Source of the DNA: Legionellaceae bacterium
GTDB lineage: Bacteria; Pseudomonadota; Gammaproteobacteria; Legionellales; Legionellaceae
Reading direction: 5' to 3'
Assembly: GCA_036752465.1 (NCBI GenBank)
Contig: DAIOSQ010000001.1
Location: 1 to 43,135, forward strand
DNA length: 43,135 nucleotides
Within the stretch, counting starts at the first letter, position 1. Each line of letters starts with the position of its first letter. Shown piece by piece: positions 1 to 8,896 of the stretch. The notes beneath the pieces were generated by a model. It searched no databases. It saw only the letters and a program-made list of their open reading frames with translations, and was not told the origin of the DNA. A program made the position numbers and the translations under genes.

Positions 1-2111
1 GGTGCAAAAACTTGCAAATAATCCCCTGCAGCCACGCCTAGTGCCGATATTCGTGTAAGGGACGGATTGTAACGAGTCACCATGGTGCCTGGATTGATGT
101 TGCCTAAATGTAGCTTTTTGACCATTTTAAGCGCTTTTTCTGGCACATCTCCTTCACCCGACCACAAAAACATGCGGCAGGATTTGTTAGCAGGGGCCAA
201 GTTTTTGTTGATATAGTCAACCGATCCGTTGATTTCTGCTGCTAAGGCAAAGCGGTAATTGGGGATAGGTAGAATATAAGGATTTTTACCTTTGCCCTGA
301 AAAGATGCAGCATCTTTCCAATTGAACGGATGACTAAAGGTATGACTGGCAATTTCTACCTGCGGGAGAGCAAAGATGCGGCGTGCTATGGCTTCTAACG
401 CCGGTGATGCGTCCGGATGCAAGCCGTTGCTCGCGGTTTCACCCTGGATAATTGAAACGGTAATGGGCAATGGATAGCGTTGGATAATTTTTTCAAGCAT
501 GATCTCGCCGGTATAGGGCGCACCAAACCACTCGCCTTGATTAGAAAAGCCATCGCCATCGACATGCGCAAACATCAAGCGTAGACCATTTTCGGTGGTG
601 GTATCTGGTATCGGTATTTTCGGCAGCTGTAAGGCTTGTTGAAAGAATGCAAATGGGTTAATGGCCCAATGATACTGACCTTCGCCGACACTGGGTAAAA
701 ATCCCGGCCCCATATAATAACCGCCCCAGGGCATAATGCCGGCAATATCATAGAGTAAGCCAATATTGTCGCGCACTCGCAACAACGGTATGCCACGCGG
801 TGCTTGGATCTGGACTGCGACTTCATTATTGATGTTGCGCCCAGGCGCAATTTCATAGCCGATCATGGGGGATTGATAGACCACTTTTTTGGCCAAGTGT
901 TTATGGGTCAGCATTGGTAGACTCAGACCGAATGGTTGTAAACTTTGACTGCTCAGCATAAAACCAAAATCGTTGAGAATGAGTATGGGTATGTGTTGTT
1001 GCATTTGTTGCCGATACCACTGCTGTAACGCATGTTGTCTGGTTAATAAAATCCCATTAATTGACATGATAATTCCGGCATAGTGCTGGGGTGACAGATG
1101 TTGCGGTAAGGGCTCATTGATATTTCGTAATTCGACAGTATAGCCAAGGTAATTTAACGGCATGGTATAAAATTTTACTGCGGGTGATCCCATTTTTTCG
1201 TCTTGATCTGCTAATTTACCATTGTAAAGGATCAAAATTTTACGTGCCAAAGCCTGGGACGGTTGCAGATAGATGGCATCAAGCTTGGCATTGGTTATCC
1301 AGGGTTCACAACCCAAGGCACGAATCTTTCCCACCAGCGATGCGATCGCGGGTGGATCTGGGTGATCCATATAATCAATGATGGTTACTGGAACTGCCAG
1401 TTTTTGTGCGGTGCGGATCGCCGCCAGCACGTAGCGTCTGGCCTGCTCGGGTACTTGAAAATAACGTTGTTTTTGGTTATCCCAACCATAAAATACTGAC
1501 TCTACCGTGATTCCATGGATCACGTGATGCAGCGCAGGTAATAACTCAAAGCCACGGTTGAGCAATATATGTGCTGATGGATGGCGTTGTTTGATTGCTT
1601 GAATGGTTGCAATCATGGCTTGTTGTTGTTTGTGTTGCAAGGCTGCATCATGAATGACTTGCTTATAAGAGTCCAAAGTATCCAGATAAAAGCCACGATA
1701 ACCTTTTTGCCAGAGCGGATCTATGACTTGCTGCATAAAAAAAGACCGCCAGTCTTGCTGTGTTTGATCGATAATTCGGGTATGCCAGGCCCGATTTTCA
1801 CCTAAAATCCAGGCTGGTTTGATGGCTTTTTGGTACATATCTAGCGAGTAAACCTCACCCAAAGAGACATAGGCAATCGCTTGACGATAGGTGGTATTAA
1901 ATTGTTTGGGATCAACTGCATCATTGGGTTGTACGATGACCGTGTCATATAACCGTAGTAGCGGAGTTGGCTTGTCGCCATAATACAAAGCCACTGCGGG
2001 CAAACCATATTGTCCATGAGCGGCGTCCAGCATACATAATTGCAGCAAACAAGCCAGGCAGGCGCGGCTTAATAATAGGCGGTCATGCTTGCTATATGGC
2101 TGGTTTAACAT
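1..2111 (-). CDS. PelA-like bifunctional glycoside hydrolase (GH114-type) / CE4 polysaccharide deacetylase; 3' end cut by the window edge (703 codons visible)
   Basis: It is absent from the ORF track because no stop lies inside the window. Manual minus-strand translation from ATG 2111 stays open to base 1. The N-terminus is signal-like (MLNQPYSKHDRLLLSRACLACLLQLC). GH114-like segments are present (RGFYLDTLDSY, TVESVFYGWD), as are CE4 metal-site motifs (AHVDGDGF, SHTFSHP). The ATG overlaps the stop of the upstream epimerase gene (ATGTTAA). Confidence 0.75.
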   Translation of the reverse strand, partial: MLNQPYSKHDRLLLSRACLACLLQLCMLDAAHGQYGLPAVALYYGDKPTPLLRLYDTVIVQPNDAVDPKQFNTTYRQAIAYVSLGEVYSLDMYQKAIKPAWILGENRAWHTRIIDQTQQDWRSFFMQQVIDPLWQKGYRGFYLDTLDSYKQVIHDAALQHKQQQAMIATIQAIKQRHPSAHILLNRGFELLPALHHVIHGITVESVFYGWDNQKQRYFQVPEQARRYVLAAIRTAQKLAVPVTIIDYMDHPDPPAIASLVGKIRALGCEPWITNAKLDAIYLQPSQALARKILILYNGKLADQDEKMGSPAVKFYTMPLNYLGYTVELRNINEPLPQHLSPQHYAGIIMSINGILLTRQHALQQWYRQQMQQHIPILILNDFGFMLSSQSLQPFGLSLPMLTHKHLAKKVVYQSPMIGYEIAPGRNINNEVAVQIQAPRGIPLLRVRDNIGLLYDIAGIMPWGGYYMGPGFLPSVGEGQYHWAINPFAFFQQALQLPKIPIPDTTTENGLRLMFAHVDGDGFSNQGEWFGAPYTGEIMLEKIIQRYPLPITVSIIQGETASNGLHPDASPALEAIARRIFALPQVEIASHTFSHPFNWKDAASFQGKGKNPYILPIPNYRFALAAEINGSVDYINKNLAPANKSCRMFLWSGEGDVPEKALKMVKKLHLGNINPGTMVTRYNPSLTRISALGVAAGDYLQVFA

Positions 2112-3106
2112 GTTTCCTGCAGGATTAAGCCGACAATTTTACTAATTCCCTGTTCGATATTAAATTTTGGTTCAAAGCCCAGCAATTCGCGTGCTTTGCT
2201 GATATCTGCTCGAGAATGAAGCAACTCTCCTTGTGCAGTTTTTTGTGAAATTGGCGTTTGACTCTTGATGTTTAATGCCTTAAGCAACAAAGCATACACC
2301 TGACTCAACAGGCTTTCTTCCCCGGTAGCAATATTGTACACCGTGTTGATTGCTGCTGGATTGGTGGTTGTGGCAGCTAAAATATTGGCATCAACCACAT
2401 CTTCGACGTAGCAAAAATCGCGGGACTGCTGATGTTCATCGTGGATATAGGTTGGTTTGTGTTGTATCAATTCATGGATCCAGCGGATGATTACCGCCGC
2501 GTACGGGCTACTTGCTTCTTGTCTGGGACCATAAATGTTGAAGTAGCGAAGACCGACAGTTTCTAAGCCGTAACACGCCGAAAACGTTTTCGCGTAAATT
2601 TCGTTCATATACTTGGTCGCACTATAGGGCGATAATATATGCACGAGTTGGTTCTCTTGGCTAGGTAATTGCTTGGCATTGCCATAGACCGCGCACGAGG
2701 AAGCATAGATAAAACGCTTGACTTGCTGATGGCGCGCAGCTTCTAACATATTGTAAAAGCCATCGATATTGATTTCATGGGTTAAGCGCGTTTGCTCTAC
2801 CGATTTTGGAATACTCGAGAGCGCAGCTTGGTGTAGCACAAAATCAACACTCTGTGAGACCTTGTCGCAGGTGATTTGATGACGAATATCCCCTTCGACA
2901 AACGTAAAGTTTTGCTGTTGTAGTGGGCTCACATGGGCCAACGCCTGCTGCAAATTGTGGACAGTGCCCGTATAAAAATTATCAATACCAATTACTTTCT
3001 GATTTTGTTTTAACAAGGTTTCCAGCAAATTAGAGCCAATAAATCCTGCGACCCCAGTGATCAACCAGCTGTATGTTTTAGTACTCAGTTGTGTGTGCGT
3101 GCGCAT
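2105..3106 (-). CDS. NAD-dependent SDR epimerase, UDP-GlcNAc 4-epimerase type (WbpP/TviC/PelX-like)
   Basis: 333-aa ORF with the Rossmann motif WLITGVAGFIGSNLLETLL, catalytic SPYSATK (YxxxK), and end-to-end resemblance to WbpP as recalled (LHQAAL, NIDGF, GLRYFN, SRDFCY, ADISKA). Confidence 0.85.
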   Translation of the reverse strand: MRTHTQLSTKTYSWLITGVAGFIGSNLLETLLKQNQKVIGIDNFYTGTVHNLQQALAHVSPLQQQNFTFVEGDIRHQITCDKVSQSVDFVLHQAALSSIPKSVEQTRLTHEINIDGFYNMLEAARHQQVKRFIYASSCAVYGNAKQLPSQENQLVHILSPYSATKYMNEIYAKTFSACYGLETVGLRYFNIYGPRQEASSPYAAVIIRWIHELIQHKPTYIHDEHQQSRDFCYVEDVVDANILAATTTNPAAINTVYNIATGEESLLSQVYALLLKALNIKSQTPISQKTAQGELLHSRADISKARELLGFEPKFNIEQGISKIVGLILQETC

Positions 3107-3314
3107 GATATCTTCCTGATAATGTGCATGTGTGTAGCCCTCATTTTTATAACATAATTTACCCTTATACCGTAGTACAATATTGGTCTTGTGAAAAAAA
3201 GACGTTACTTTCTACCAATTTTGAACAAATTAGCAATAAAAACTTGATACATTTTCTCTATCAGGCGATGAGCCTGGGTTGCGAGTTGTGGTTGCGCAGC
3301 GGTATCTTATTGGA

Positions 3315-3330
3315 TGAGGCCTCCGCCTCA
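3315..3330 (-). terminator. Short hairpin just downstream of the L,D-transpeptidase-like gene (weak terminator candidate)
   Basis: TGAGGC-CTCC-GCCTCA inverted repeat lying 10 nt past the stop at 3340-3342. There is no clear U-tract on the minus strand. Confidence 0.25.
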
Positions 3331-3339
3331 CGGGTGCTC

Positions 3340-4602
3340 TTATAGACCAAGCCAACGGATAAACTCATGGGTGGTTTTGAGCGATAAGCTTTTTCTGCCG
3401 GAGACCTCCAGGCTATATGGTTGATCTAACCCCTGTAGATTGTGGTTAATGTTGGTAACTTTGCCAATATTAACTATCGTCATTTGCGTGAGGTAATAAC
3501 CGCGGTTCATTTTCATCACCGGTATAACAAACCGCAGAGCCTGGAGATTGATAGGTGGCTGTCCATCGTGCGCAGCCATAGGTTGAATTCTGATGTGTTC
3601 GAGCTCTGCTGCTGTGAGTACAATGTATTCTTTTTCGTTAATTTGTCTGCGCAACATGCGTTCAAGAGGTGCTGGCTGTTTGAATAAAATCATGTATTGG
3701 TCTGCTGCAAGCACGACGACGGGTTCATTTTCTTCGTGGCGATTATTTTTATTGTAATCCACATACAGAATTTCTTCTCTGAGAGGGTCATCCGGCTGTA
3801 AAAATGGCTTAAACAAATCTGTGGTAGGCATTTTTTGTCCAAAAAACCCGCAGTTTAAAAATTTTGATTGCCGAAACCATCGTTCACTGGGGTAATAGAT
3901 AATTAGCAAGGATTCATTTTTTATCGTGTTGATAATGTCGGTACTTAACTCAAGTGGTAATGCCGGGCATCCCCAACTACGCCCAGCTCTGCCATATTTT
4001 TTGATAAAGACTTCGTTTACATACCAACCACCATGCATGACCACTGCGCGGTTTTCGGCATTGTCGTTAAACCCAACATCCAAACCAGTTAATTTGAGCG
4101 AAACGCCATCACGCCCATAGTAGCTTTGTGAGGTGGCATAGGTACCGATGCTGCTGCTGCGACTATTGGACCTATTGGAAAAATAATTGGCATATAATGC
4201 CCCAGACCTCAGACCATGTGATACGTAGGTGTGGTATAATAACCGGTTGTTGCTTAGATCAAATACCCACAGTCTTTTTTTATTAGAAGGCAAGGAGTAA
4301 TCAATAACTGTTAAGATGTTATTGTTTTCTGTGTCCGCACGATGGCCGCAAGATAGCACGGTGATGACTTTGCTGATCACAGCTTCACTCATCGTTGGCG
4401 CTGAGGTGTGTAGCATGGTTTGGATATCCAGCAATGAGTGATTGGCGTAGGTCAGCAATCCCAATTTTTGAACGATAGCAATATTAGTCAACCACATGGG
4501 TTCACGGCTAATGTTTGTGCTTATGTTGACCGGACCAGGTAGTGGAGAGGCATAACCCAGTGCAGCCACTGCCAACATGCCAAACAGCAGCGCTACCCTC
4601 AT
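3340..4602 (-). CDS. Secreted L,D-transpeptidase catalytic-domain protein (YkuD_2 / Legionella EnhA-like) with an uncharacterised ~190-aa C-terminal extension
   Basis: 420-aa ORF with a signal peptide (MRVALLFGMLAVAALGYA). Family pattern ILTVIDYSLPSNKKRLWVFDL ... SHGLRSG ... FSNR ... SSIG ... VVMHGGWYV ... GRAGRSWGCPALP, including the catalytic Cys. RBS AAGGAA lies 7 nt upstream of the ATG. Confidence 0.75.
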   Translation of the reverse strand: MRVALLFGMLAVAALGYASPLPGPVNISTNISREPMWLTNIAIVQKLGLLTYANHSLLDIQTMLHTSAPTMSEAVISKVITVLSCGHRADTENNNILTVIDYSLPSNKKRLWVFDLSNNRLLYHTYVSHGLRSGALYANYFSNRSNSRSSSIGTYATSQSYYGRDGVSLKLTGLDVGFNDNAENRAVVMHGGWYVNEVFIKKYGRAGRSWGCPALPLELSTDIINTIKNESLLIIYYPSERWFRQSKFLNCGFFGQKMPTTDLFKPFLQPDDPLREEILYVDYNKNNRHEENEPVVVLAADQYMILFKQPAPLERMLRRQINEKEYIVLTAAELEHIRIQPMAAHDGQPPINLQALRFVIPVMKMNRGYYLTQMTIVNIGKVTNINHNLQGLDQPYSLEVSGRKSLSLKTTHEFIRWLGL

Positions 4603-4905
4603 GTTGTTTATTCCTTAAATCAGATCGTATCTACAGTATATACCCATTTTTCTTGAAGATGCTCATGTTGCGCGTGCCATGTTTACCACGGATGTGCCGT
4701 GGCAAAATTTCTTGCGCTAGCGACGCGTGACATTGGTTTCACTATGGGCTAGATTGAATCTAACGGGGTACCTGACGAAGCGTAATTGTTTGGTTAGGGT
4801 AAGTTTAACGATTATTTATAACGATGCGAAGTGAGTGATGACAGTACCAGAAAAGATTAGATACGCCAACTACAGCCTTTGCATATGGCGAAGGGGGAAC
4901 TGACG

Positions 4906-5721
4906 ATGGTTTCTGATTTCACACATACCATGCAAAAAATGGTCACAAATATTTCTTTTTCTGATGGTTTTTTAATTTGTCTATTCACATTGTTATTTGT
5001 TTCTGTATGCGGCCATTTCTTCTTTAAAAGAATTCATGTGTACACAACTGATAAATTGCAAGAAACATTGCTATTATTTTTAGGTATTGTCAGCAGTAGT
5101 CTATTTTATTTCATGATTTTTATTTCTATGAACGTTTGGAAATATACGCAGGACGTCTTAGAAAATTCGGCAAGAGAAGCCAGTGCTTTGGTAGCTCTAT
5201 GGCATTTTGTCAACAGTGCTCAGAATGAGCAAGCGCCTTTGATACGGTATGCCCTCGAGCAATATGTGGGGATCATCAAAGGATCCGGGGTGCGAGCTAT
5301 GAATCTGGGAGAAGACTTACCAAAGGAACAAGAAATATGGGCCAAGCTGTATTTGGCGGTTGATCAGGTGGCGAAGCTACCTGCATTGCAAAATTCATTT
5401 TTTTATAGTCATTTAGTCACCGTTATGGACAGCCTTGTGTACTACAGAAAATCACGTTGGGTTTCGTTGCGTGGTATTGTGCCGTTAGAGCTCAGGCGAG
5501 GCGTCGTCCTGCTTTGCCTGCTCATGGTATTTTCTTTGGGCATTTTTTTTCGAGCTGGGCACATGGTCGTTACGTTTGGCGTAGTCGGCTATATAGTTAT
5601 TCTCGCATTTGGACTAGACTTTATATTGATGCTAGAGTTTCCATATACCGGAATTGCATCAAATGTAGGTATCCATAACCTCTATTCCCATGGTCCTTTG
5701 GGGCAAATTCCCTCTATTTAA
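4906..5721 (+). CDS. 4-TM membrane protein, tandem paralog 1 (DUF4239 / bestrophin-like family, tentative)
   Basis: The track ORF 4879..5721 begins at TTG. ATG 4906 (MVSDFTH...) aligns with the paralog 3 N-terminus (MLSDFTR...) and has RBS AAGGGGGA 7 nt upstream. It shares LGIVSSSLFYFMIFISMNVW and LEFPYTGIASN with the paralogs. Confidence 0.7.
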   Translation: MVSDFTHTMQKMVTNISFSDGFLICLFTLLFVSVCGHFFFKRIHVYTTDKLQETLLLFLGIVSSSLFYFMIFISMNVWKYTQDVLENSAREASALVALWHFVNSAQNEQAPLIRYALEQYVGIIKGSGVRAMNLGEDLPKEQEIWAKLYLAVDQVAKLPALQNSFFYSHLVTVMDSLVYYRKSRWVSLRGIVPLELRRGVVLLCLLMVFSLGIFFRAGHMVVTFGVVGYIVILAFGLDFILMLEFPYTGIASNVGIHNLYSHGPLGQIPSI

Positions 5722-5803
5722 GCCGACGATATCCGGAGTATCTGAGTACATACCCTATCTATGTGCTATATTTTATTTAAGTTGCTTGACTCTAGAGGTG
5801 CCT

Positions 5804-6655
5804 ATGTCTGCTAACTTTGAGTGGTTGGTGCGCGCTTTGGACAATGGCGTTTCATTTTGGTTGGGGTTTGTCATCTCTTCGTTCGTGCTCTTTTTTTTTA
5901 CATTTCTCGGTCATTTTTTATTTAAGCCAATCAGTGATTTTTTTTCTGTGAAGTTGCAAGAGTCATTGATGGTATTTTTGGGCATCATCAGCAGTAGTTT
6001 ATATATTTTAATCATTTTTGTGACCATGAATGTGTGGGGCTATCTACAGGAGACCTCAAAAAACTCCATGCAAGAAGCTAGCTCATTGGCGAATCTTATA
6101 GAGCTGGCAAGTCGACATACTGATAAGCAATCACAACAAATTGTAAGGGCAGTTGGCCTCTATGTGGCCACTATCAGAGGACCGGAATGGTTAGCTATGA
6201 GTAAAGGGTATAGTTTGATCTCGGAACGCAAGGCTTGGTATGCGCTGGTGCTTGCGGTCGACACTATCGCACAGGATTCCAAGCTTGCAAACACGGTCTA
6301 TTGCAGTCACATCTTGGATAATTTAGAAAAGTTGACGCTGTATCGGAATTTTCGGTTGCAAGCCATTGGCAGTATTGTACCTCCAGGGTTACGACAAGCA
6401 CTGATCATTTTTTCTGTGTTGGTATCTCTTTTTTTGGGTATATTTACGGGCAAAAATAACTCGCACAATATTATGGCGATTGGCACATTTATCGTTTTTT
6501 TAGCGTTTAATTTATCGTTGGCTTTGATGATAGACTTTCCATTTTCGGGGATTTCTGTGCACAGAGAGATTTACTACATGGGTGTTTTACAAGAGCTTCC
6601 AGAGCTAGAAAATAACGGCTCGATGCCAACTGAAAAAATTGGCCAGTTGCCCTAG
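5804..6655 (+). CDS. 4-TM membrane protein, tandem paralog 2 (DUF4239 / bestrophin-like family, tentative)
   Basis: The track ORF 5690..6655 would overlap paralog 1. ATG 5804 (MSANFEW...) has RBS AGAGGTG upstream. Conserved blocks: LGIISSSLYILIIFVTMNVWGYLQE, IRGPEW, AWYAL, YRNFRLQ, MIDFPFSGISV. Confidence 0.75.
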   Translation: MSANFEWLVRALDNGVSFWLGFVISSFVLFFFTFLGHFLFKPISDFFSVKLQESLMVFLGIISSSLYILIIFVTMNVWGYLQETSKNSMQEASSLANLIELASRHTDKQSQQIVRAVGLYVATIRGPEWLAMSKGYSLISERKAWYALVLAVDTIAQDSKLANTVYCSHILDNLEKLTLYRNFRLQAIGSIVPPGLRQALIIFSVLVSLFLGIFTGKNNSHNIMAIGTFIVFLAFNLSLALMIDFPFSGISVHREIYYMGVLQELPELENNGSMPTEKIGQLP

Positions 6656-6717
6656 CTATATGCGCAATCGGTGATTATGTTGTATGCTGGGTACATTAAC
6701 TTTGGTGAGCGGATACC

Positions 6718-7569
6718 ATGCTGAGTGACTTTACGCGGGAGCTTCGATATATAAATGACACGCTGCCTTTTGGCGAGTATTTTCTGTCGTGTGTTGTTGT
6801 TCTTGGTTGCGCTACCTTGTTCGGGTTTTTTTTATTCAGACCCTTGCGAGCAGTTTTTGCTGACACGTTACATCAGTCCTTGATGATATTTTTAGGTATC
6901 ATCAGCAGTGGGTTGTATATTTTAATCATTTTTGTGATCATGAATGTTTGGGGATATTTGCAGGAAGTCTCAAAAAACGCAACGTTGGAAGCCAGTACAT
7001 TAGAAAGTCTCATTGGGTGGACAAGCCAATATGATGATGCGCTTTCAAAACAAACGTTACAATCAGCTGCTATGTATGTGGCCCTTATCAGAGGGCCGGA
7101 ATGGCGAGCAATGAGTCTTGGTTACACCTTGCCAGAAGAACGACAGGCTTGGTATGCGCTGAACCGTGCGGTCTTCAATCTCAGCAAGTTACCGGGGGCT
7201 GTCAACTCGCTCTATATTAGCCACAGCCTGACTTATTTAGAAAATTTGACGAGTTATCGAAATTTTCGCATACAAGGCATGAGTAGCATCGTCCCCATAA
7301 GCTTGCGGCGTGCGATCATTGTTTTTTCTGTTTTGGTTGCTTGTTTACTCGGTATTTTCTGTCGAACAAAAGATCTGCCCAGTATGATTGCGATCGGCAC
7401 ATTTAATCTTTTTTTAGCGTTTGTGCTATCCATGGCGTTGATGATTGATTTTCCATATTCTGGCATTACGGTGAATAGAGACATCTACTATTCGGGTATT
7501 TTGCAACGGTTGCCTGATATAGATAGCAAAGGATTGTTGCAAACTGAACAACTGGGTAAGTTGCCATAG
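6718..7569 (+). CDS. 4-TM membrane protein, tandem paralog 3 (DUF4239 / bestrophin-like family, tentative)
   Basis: 283-aa ORF. Roughly half or more of its positions match paralog 2 by eye, in the same conserved blocks (LGIISSGLYILIIFVIMNVWGYLQE, IRGPEW, YRNFRIQ, MIDFPYSGITV, C-terminal GKLP). Confidence 0.75.
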   Translation: MLSDFTRELRYINDTLPFGEYFLSCVVVLGCATLFGFFLFRPLRAVFADTLHQSLMIFLGIISSGLYILIIFVIMNVWGYLQEVSKNATLEASTLESLIGWTSQYDDALSKQTLQSAAMYVALIRGPEWRAMSLGYTLPEERQAWYALNRAVFNLSKLPGAVNSLYISHSLTYLENLTSYRNFRIQGMSSIVPISLRRAIIVFSVLVACLLGIFCRTKDLPSMIAIGTFNLFLAFVLSMALMIDFPYSGITVNRDIYYSGILQRLPDIDSKGLLQTEQLGKLP

Positions 7570-7651
7570 CAGCACTACCCAGTGAAGTTTATGCTTGAGC
7601 TTCACCCGTAGACAAGGATAGAATAGCTTAACTTTCTTACTCGAAGTACAT

Positions 7652-8896
7652 ATGTTTTCTCCTGTGGCAATTTTTGTTGGACTTCGCTATACCCGTGCAA
7701 AAAAAAGAAATCACTTTGTTTCCTTTATTTCCTTAAGTTCTATGTTGGGTATTGGCCTTGGTGTGATGGTGCTGATTACTGTCTTGTCTGTGATGAATGG
7801 CTTTGATATCGAAATTCATAAACGATTTTTTGGCATGGCGGCTGAAATTACGGTGATGGATCGCAATGGTAAAATGCTGGATTGGCAGGCAGTGAAAGCG
7901 CGTGTATTGTCAGTGCCTGGCATTAAAGCTATTGCCCCTTTTATCGGTGGACAAGGGCTGTTGACGTTTGAAGGGCAAGTATTGCCTTTGGCTTTAACTG
8001 GAATATTGCCGGCAGAAGAAGAAGCCATCACACATTTGCAAGAAAAAATGCTCATCGGTGATCTGGGAAAGTTGTCACACTTTGGTATTGTTCTTGGCCG
8101 CGGGCTTGCTGACAACCTTGGGGTGATGATTGGCGACAAATTGACCTTGATGATCCCACAAGCCAGCGTAACACCGGCAGGTATGGTCCCCAGGTTTAAA
8201 CGTTTTACAGTTGCCGGAGTATTTTCCGCGGGCAATGGCTTTGGTTTCGATAACAAATTAGCCTTTATTGATATCAGCGATGCGCAGAAACTCATGCAAT
8301 TGGGCATGGGAGTGACGGGTCTTAAAATTAAAATCAATAATGTTTATCAAGCGCCCATGCTATCCAGGCAAATTGCCGAGCTGTTGGGGGATGCTTACCA
8401 AATCGAAAACTGGACGGATCAATACGGTGCTTTTTTTCATGCGGTCAAAATGGAAAAAACTATGATGTTTATGATACTCATTTTAATTATTGCGGTGGCA
8501 GCTTTTAATTTGGTGTCATCCTTAGTGATGGTAGTTAACGACAAACAGGCAGAAATTGCCATTTTGCGTACCATTGGTGCTACTCCAGGGTTGATTCTGC
8601 GTATTTTCATGGTGCAGGGGATGATGGTGGGCGTGGTCGGTAGCCTGATTGGGGTTCTTAGTGGTTTACTACTGGCGAATCATGCGACAGCGATTGTCAA
8701 TCGCTTGCAAGCTTTGTTTGGGGTGCGGGTATTGTCATCTAATATTTACTTTGTCGACTTTTTGCCTTCAAAAATTATGTGGAGTGATGTACTGGAGGTG
8801 TCTTTAGTTGCCTTGCTGCTGAGTTTTTTAGCCACCATTTATCCGGCATGGCGTGCTGCAAAAACTATTATTGCTGAGGCTTTGCATTATGAGTAA
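7652..8896 (+). CDS. lolC: Lipoprotein-release ABC transporter permease (LolC/LolE family; possibly a single LolF-type permease)
   Basis: 414 aa. The N-terminus [27 protein letters not shown] matches the LolC/E start (MYQPVALFIGLRY...). It has a FtsX-like C-terminal 3-TM domain and is followed by lolD with an 8-nt overlap. Confidence 0.9.
   Translation: MFSPVAIFVGLRYTRAKKRNHFVSFISLSSMLGIGLGVMVLITVLSVMNGFDIEIHKRFFGMAAEITVMDRNGKMLDWQAVKARVLSVPGIKAIAPFIGGQGLLTFEGQVLPLALTGILPAEEEAITHLQEKMLIGDLGKLSHFGIVLGRGLADNLGVMIGDKLTLMIPQASVTPAGMVPRFKRFTVAGVFSAGNGFGFDNKLAFIDISDAQKLMQLGMGVTGLKIKINNVYQAPMLSRQIAELLGDAYQIENWTDQYGAFFHAVKMEKTMMFMILILIIAVAAFNLVSSLVMVVNDKQAEIAILRTIGATPGLILRIFMVQGMMVGVVGSLIGVLSGLLLANHATAIVNRLQALFGVRVLSSNIYFVDFLPSKIMWSDVLEVSLVALLLSFLATIYPAWRAAKTIIAEALHYE

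Noticed and set aside
41-48. Additional GCCGATA(T/A/C) matches (41-48 and ~1010 on plus; ~16568, ~16750 and ~16843 on minus; ~24890 on plus), considered as further sigma-28 promoters
   Set aside because: None has a TAAA(GTTT) element at the required spacing, and all lie inside coding sequence.
575-1805. Four short track ORFs (575..856 -, 1184..1381 +, 1263..1499 +, 1581..1805 +) in a region that otherwise looks unannotated
   Set aside because: All lie inside, or antisense to, the long edge-truncated PelA-like reading frame (1..2111, minus). That frame has coherent family motifs throughout. The short ORFs have no motifs or RBS.
3124-3345. 73-aa GTG-initiated ORF filling the intergenic gap between the L,D-transpeptidase gene and the epimerase gene
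   Set aside because: It has no RBS and an odd composition, and it runs opposite to both neighbours. The AT-rich stretch is more likely the epimerase/pel promoter region.
4603-4905. A 303-nt divergent intergenic region with a CCACGG-ATGTG-CCGTGG hairpin (4686-4702). I considered a riboswitch (for example fluoride, given the channel-like downstream genes) or an Rsm-type sRNA.
   Set aside because: I could not find the conserved cores of the fluoride (crcB) motif, repeated GGA loops, or a convincing LetA/GacA-type palindrome. It most likely holds two ordinary divergent promoters. A covariance-model scan (Rfam) would settle it.
5543-6834. T8-T9 homopolymer tracts inside each of the three paralogous membrane-protein genes (5543-5550, 5891-5899, 6827-6834), considered as slipped-strand phase-variation switches
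   Set aside because: They encode poly-Phe in TM helices. Similar A/T runs occur in housekeeping genes here (for example A8 in lolC near 7700), so they are expected from composition.
7816-8337. 173-aa antisense ORF within lolC, with similar antisense or out-of-frame ORFs elsewhere: 21181..21576 in the SDR gene, 9661..9978 in the UDG gene, 15870..16187 in mip, 35507..35863 in rlmN, and 28620..28952 out of frame on the coding strand of the MFS gene
   Set aside because: Each lies entirely inside a well-supported gene. The translated sequences are low-complexity (Pro/Ser/Ala/Arg-rich) and lack start-site signals.
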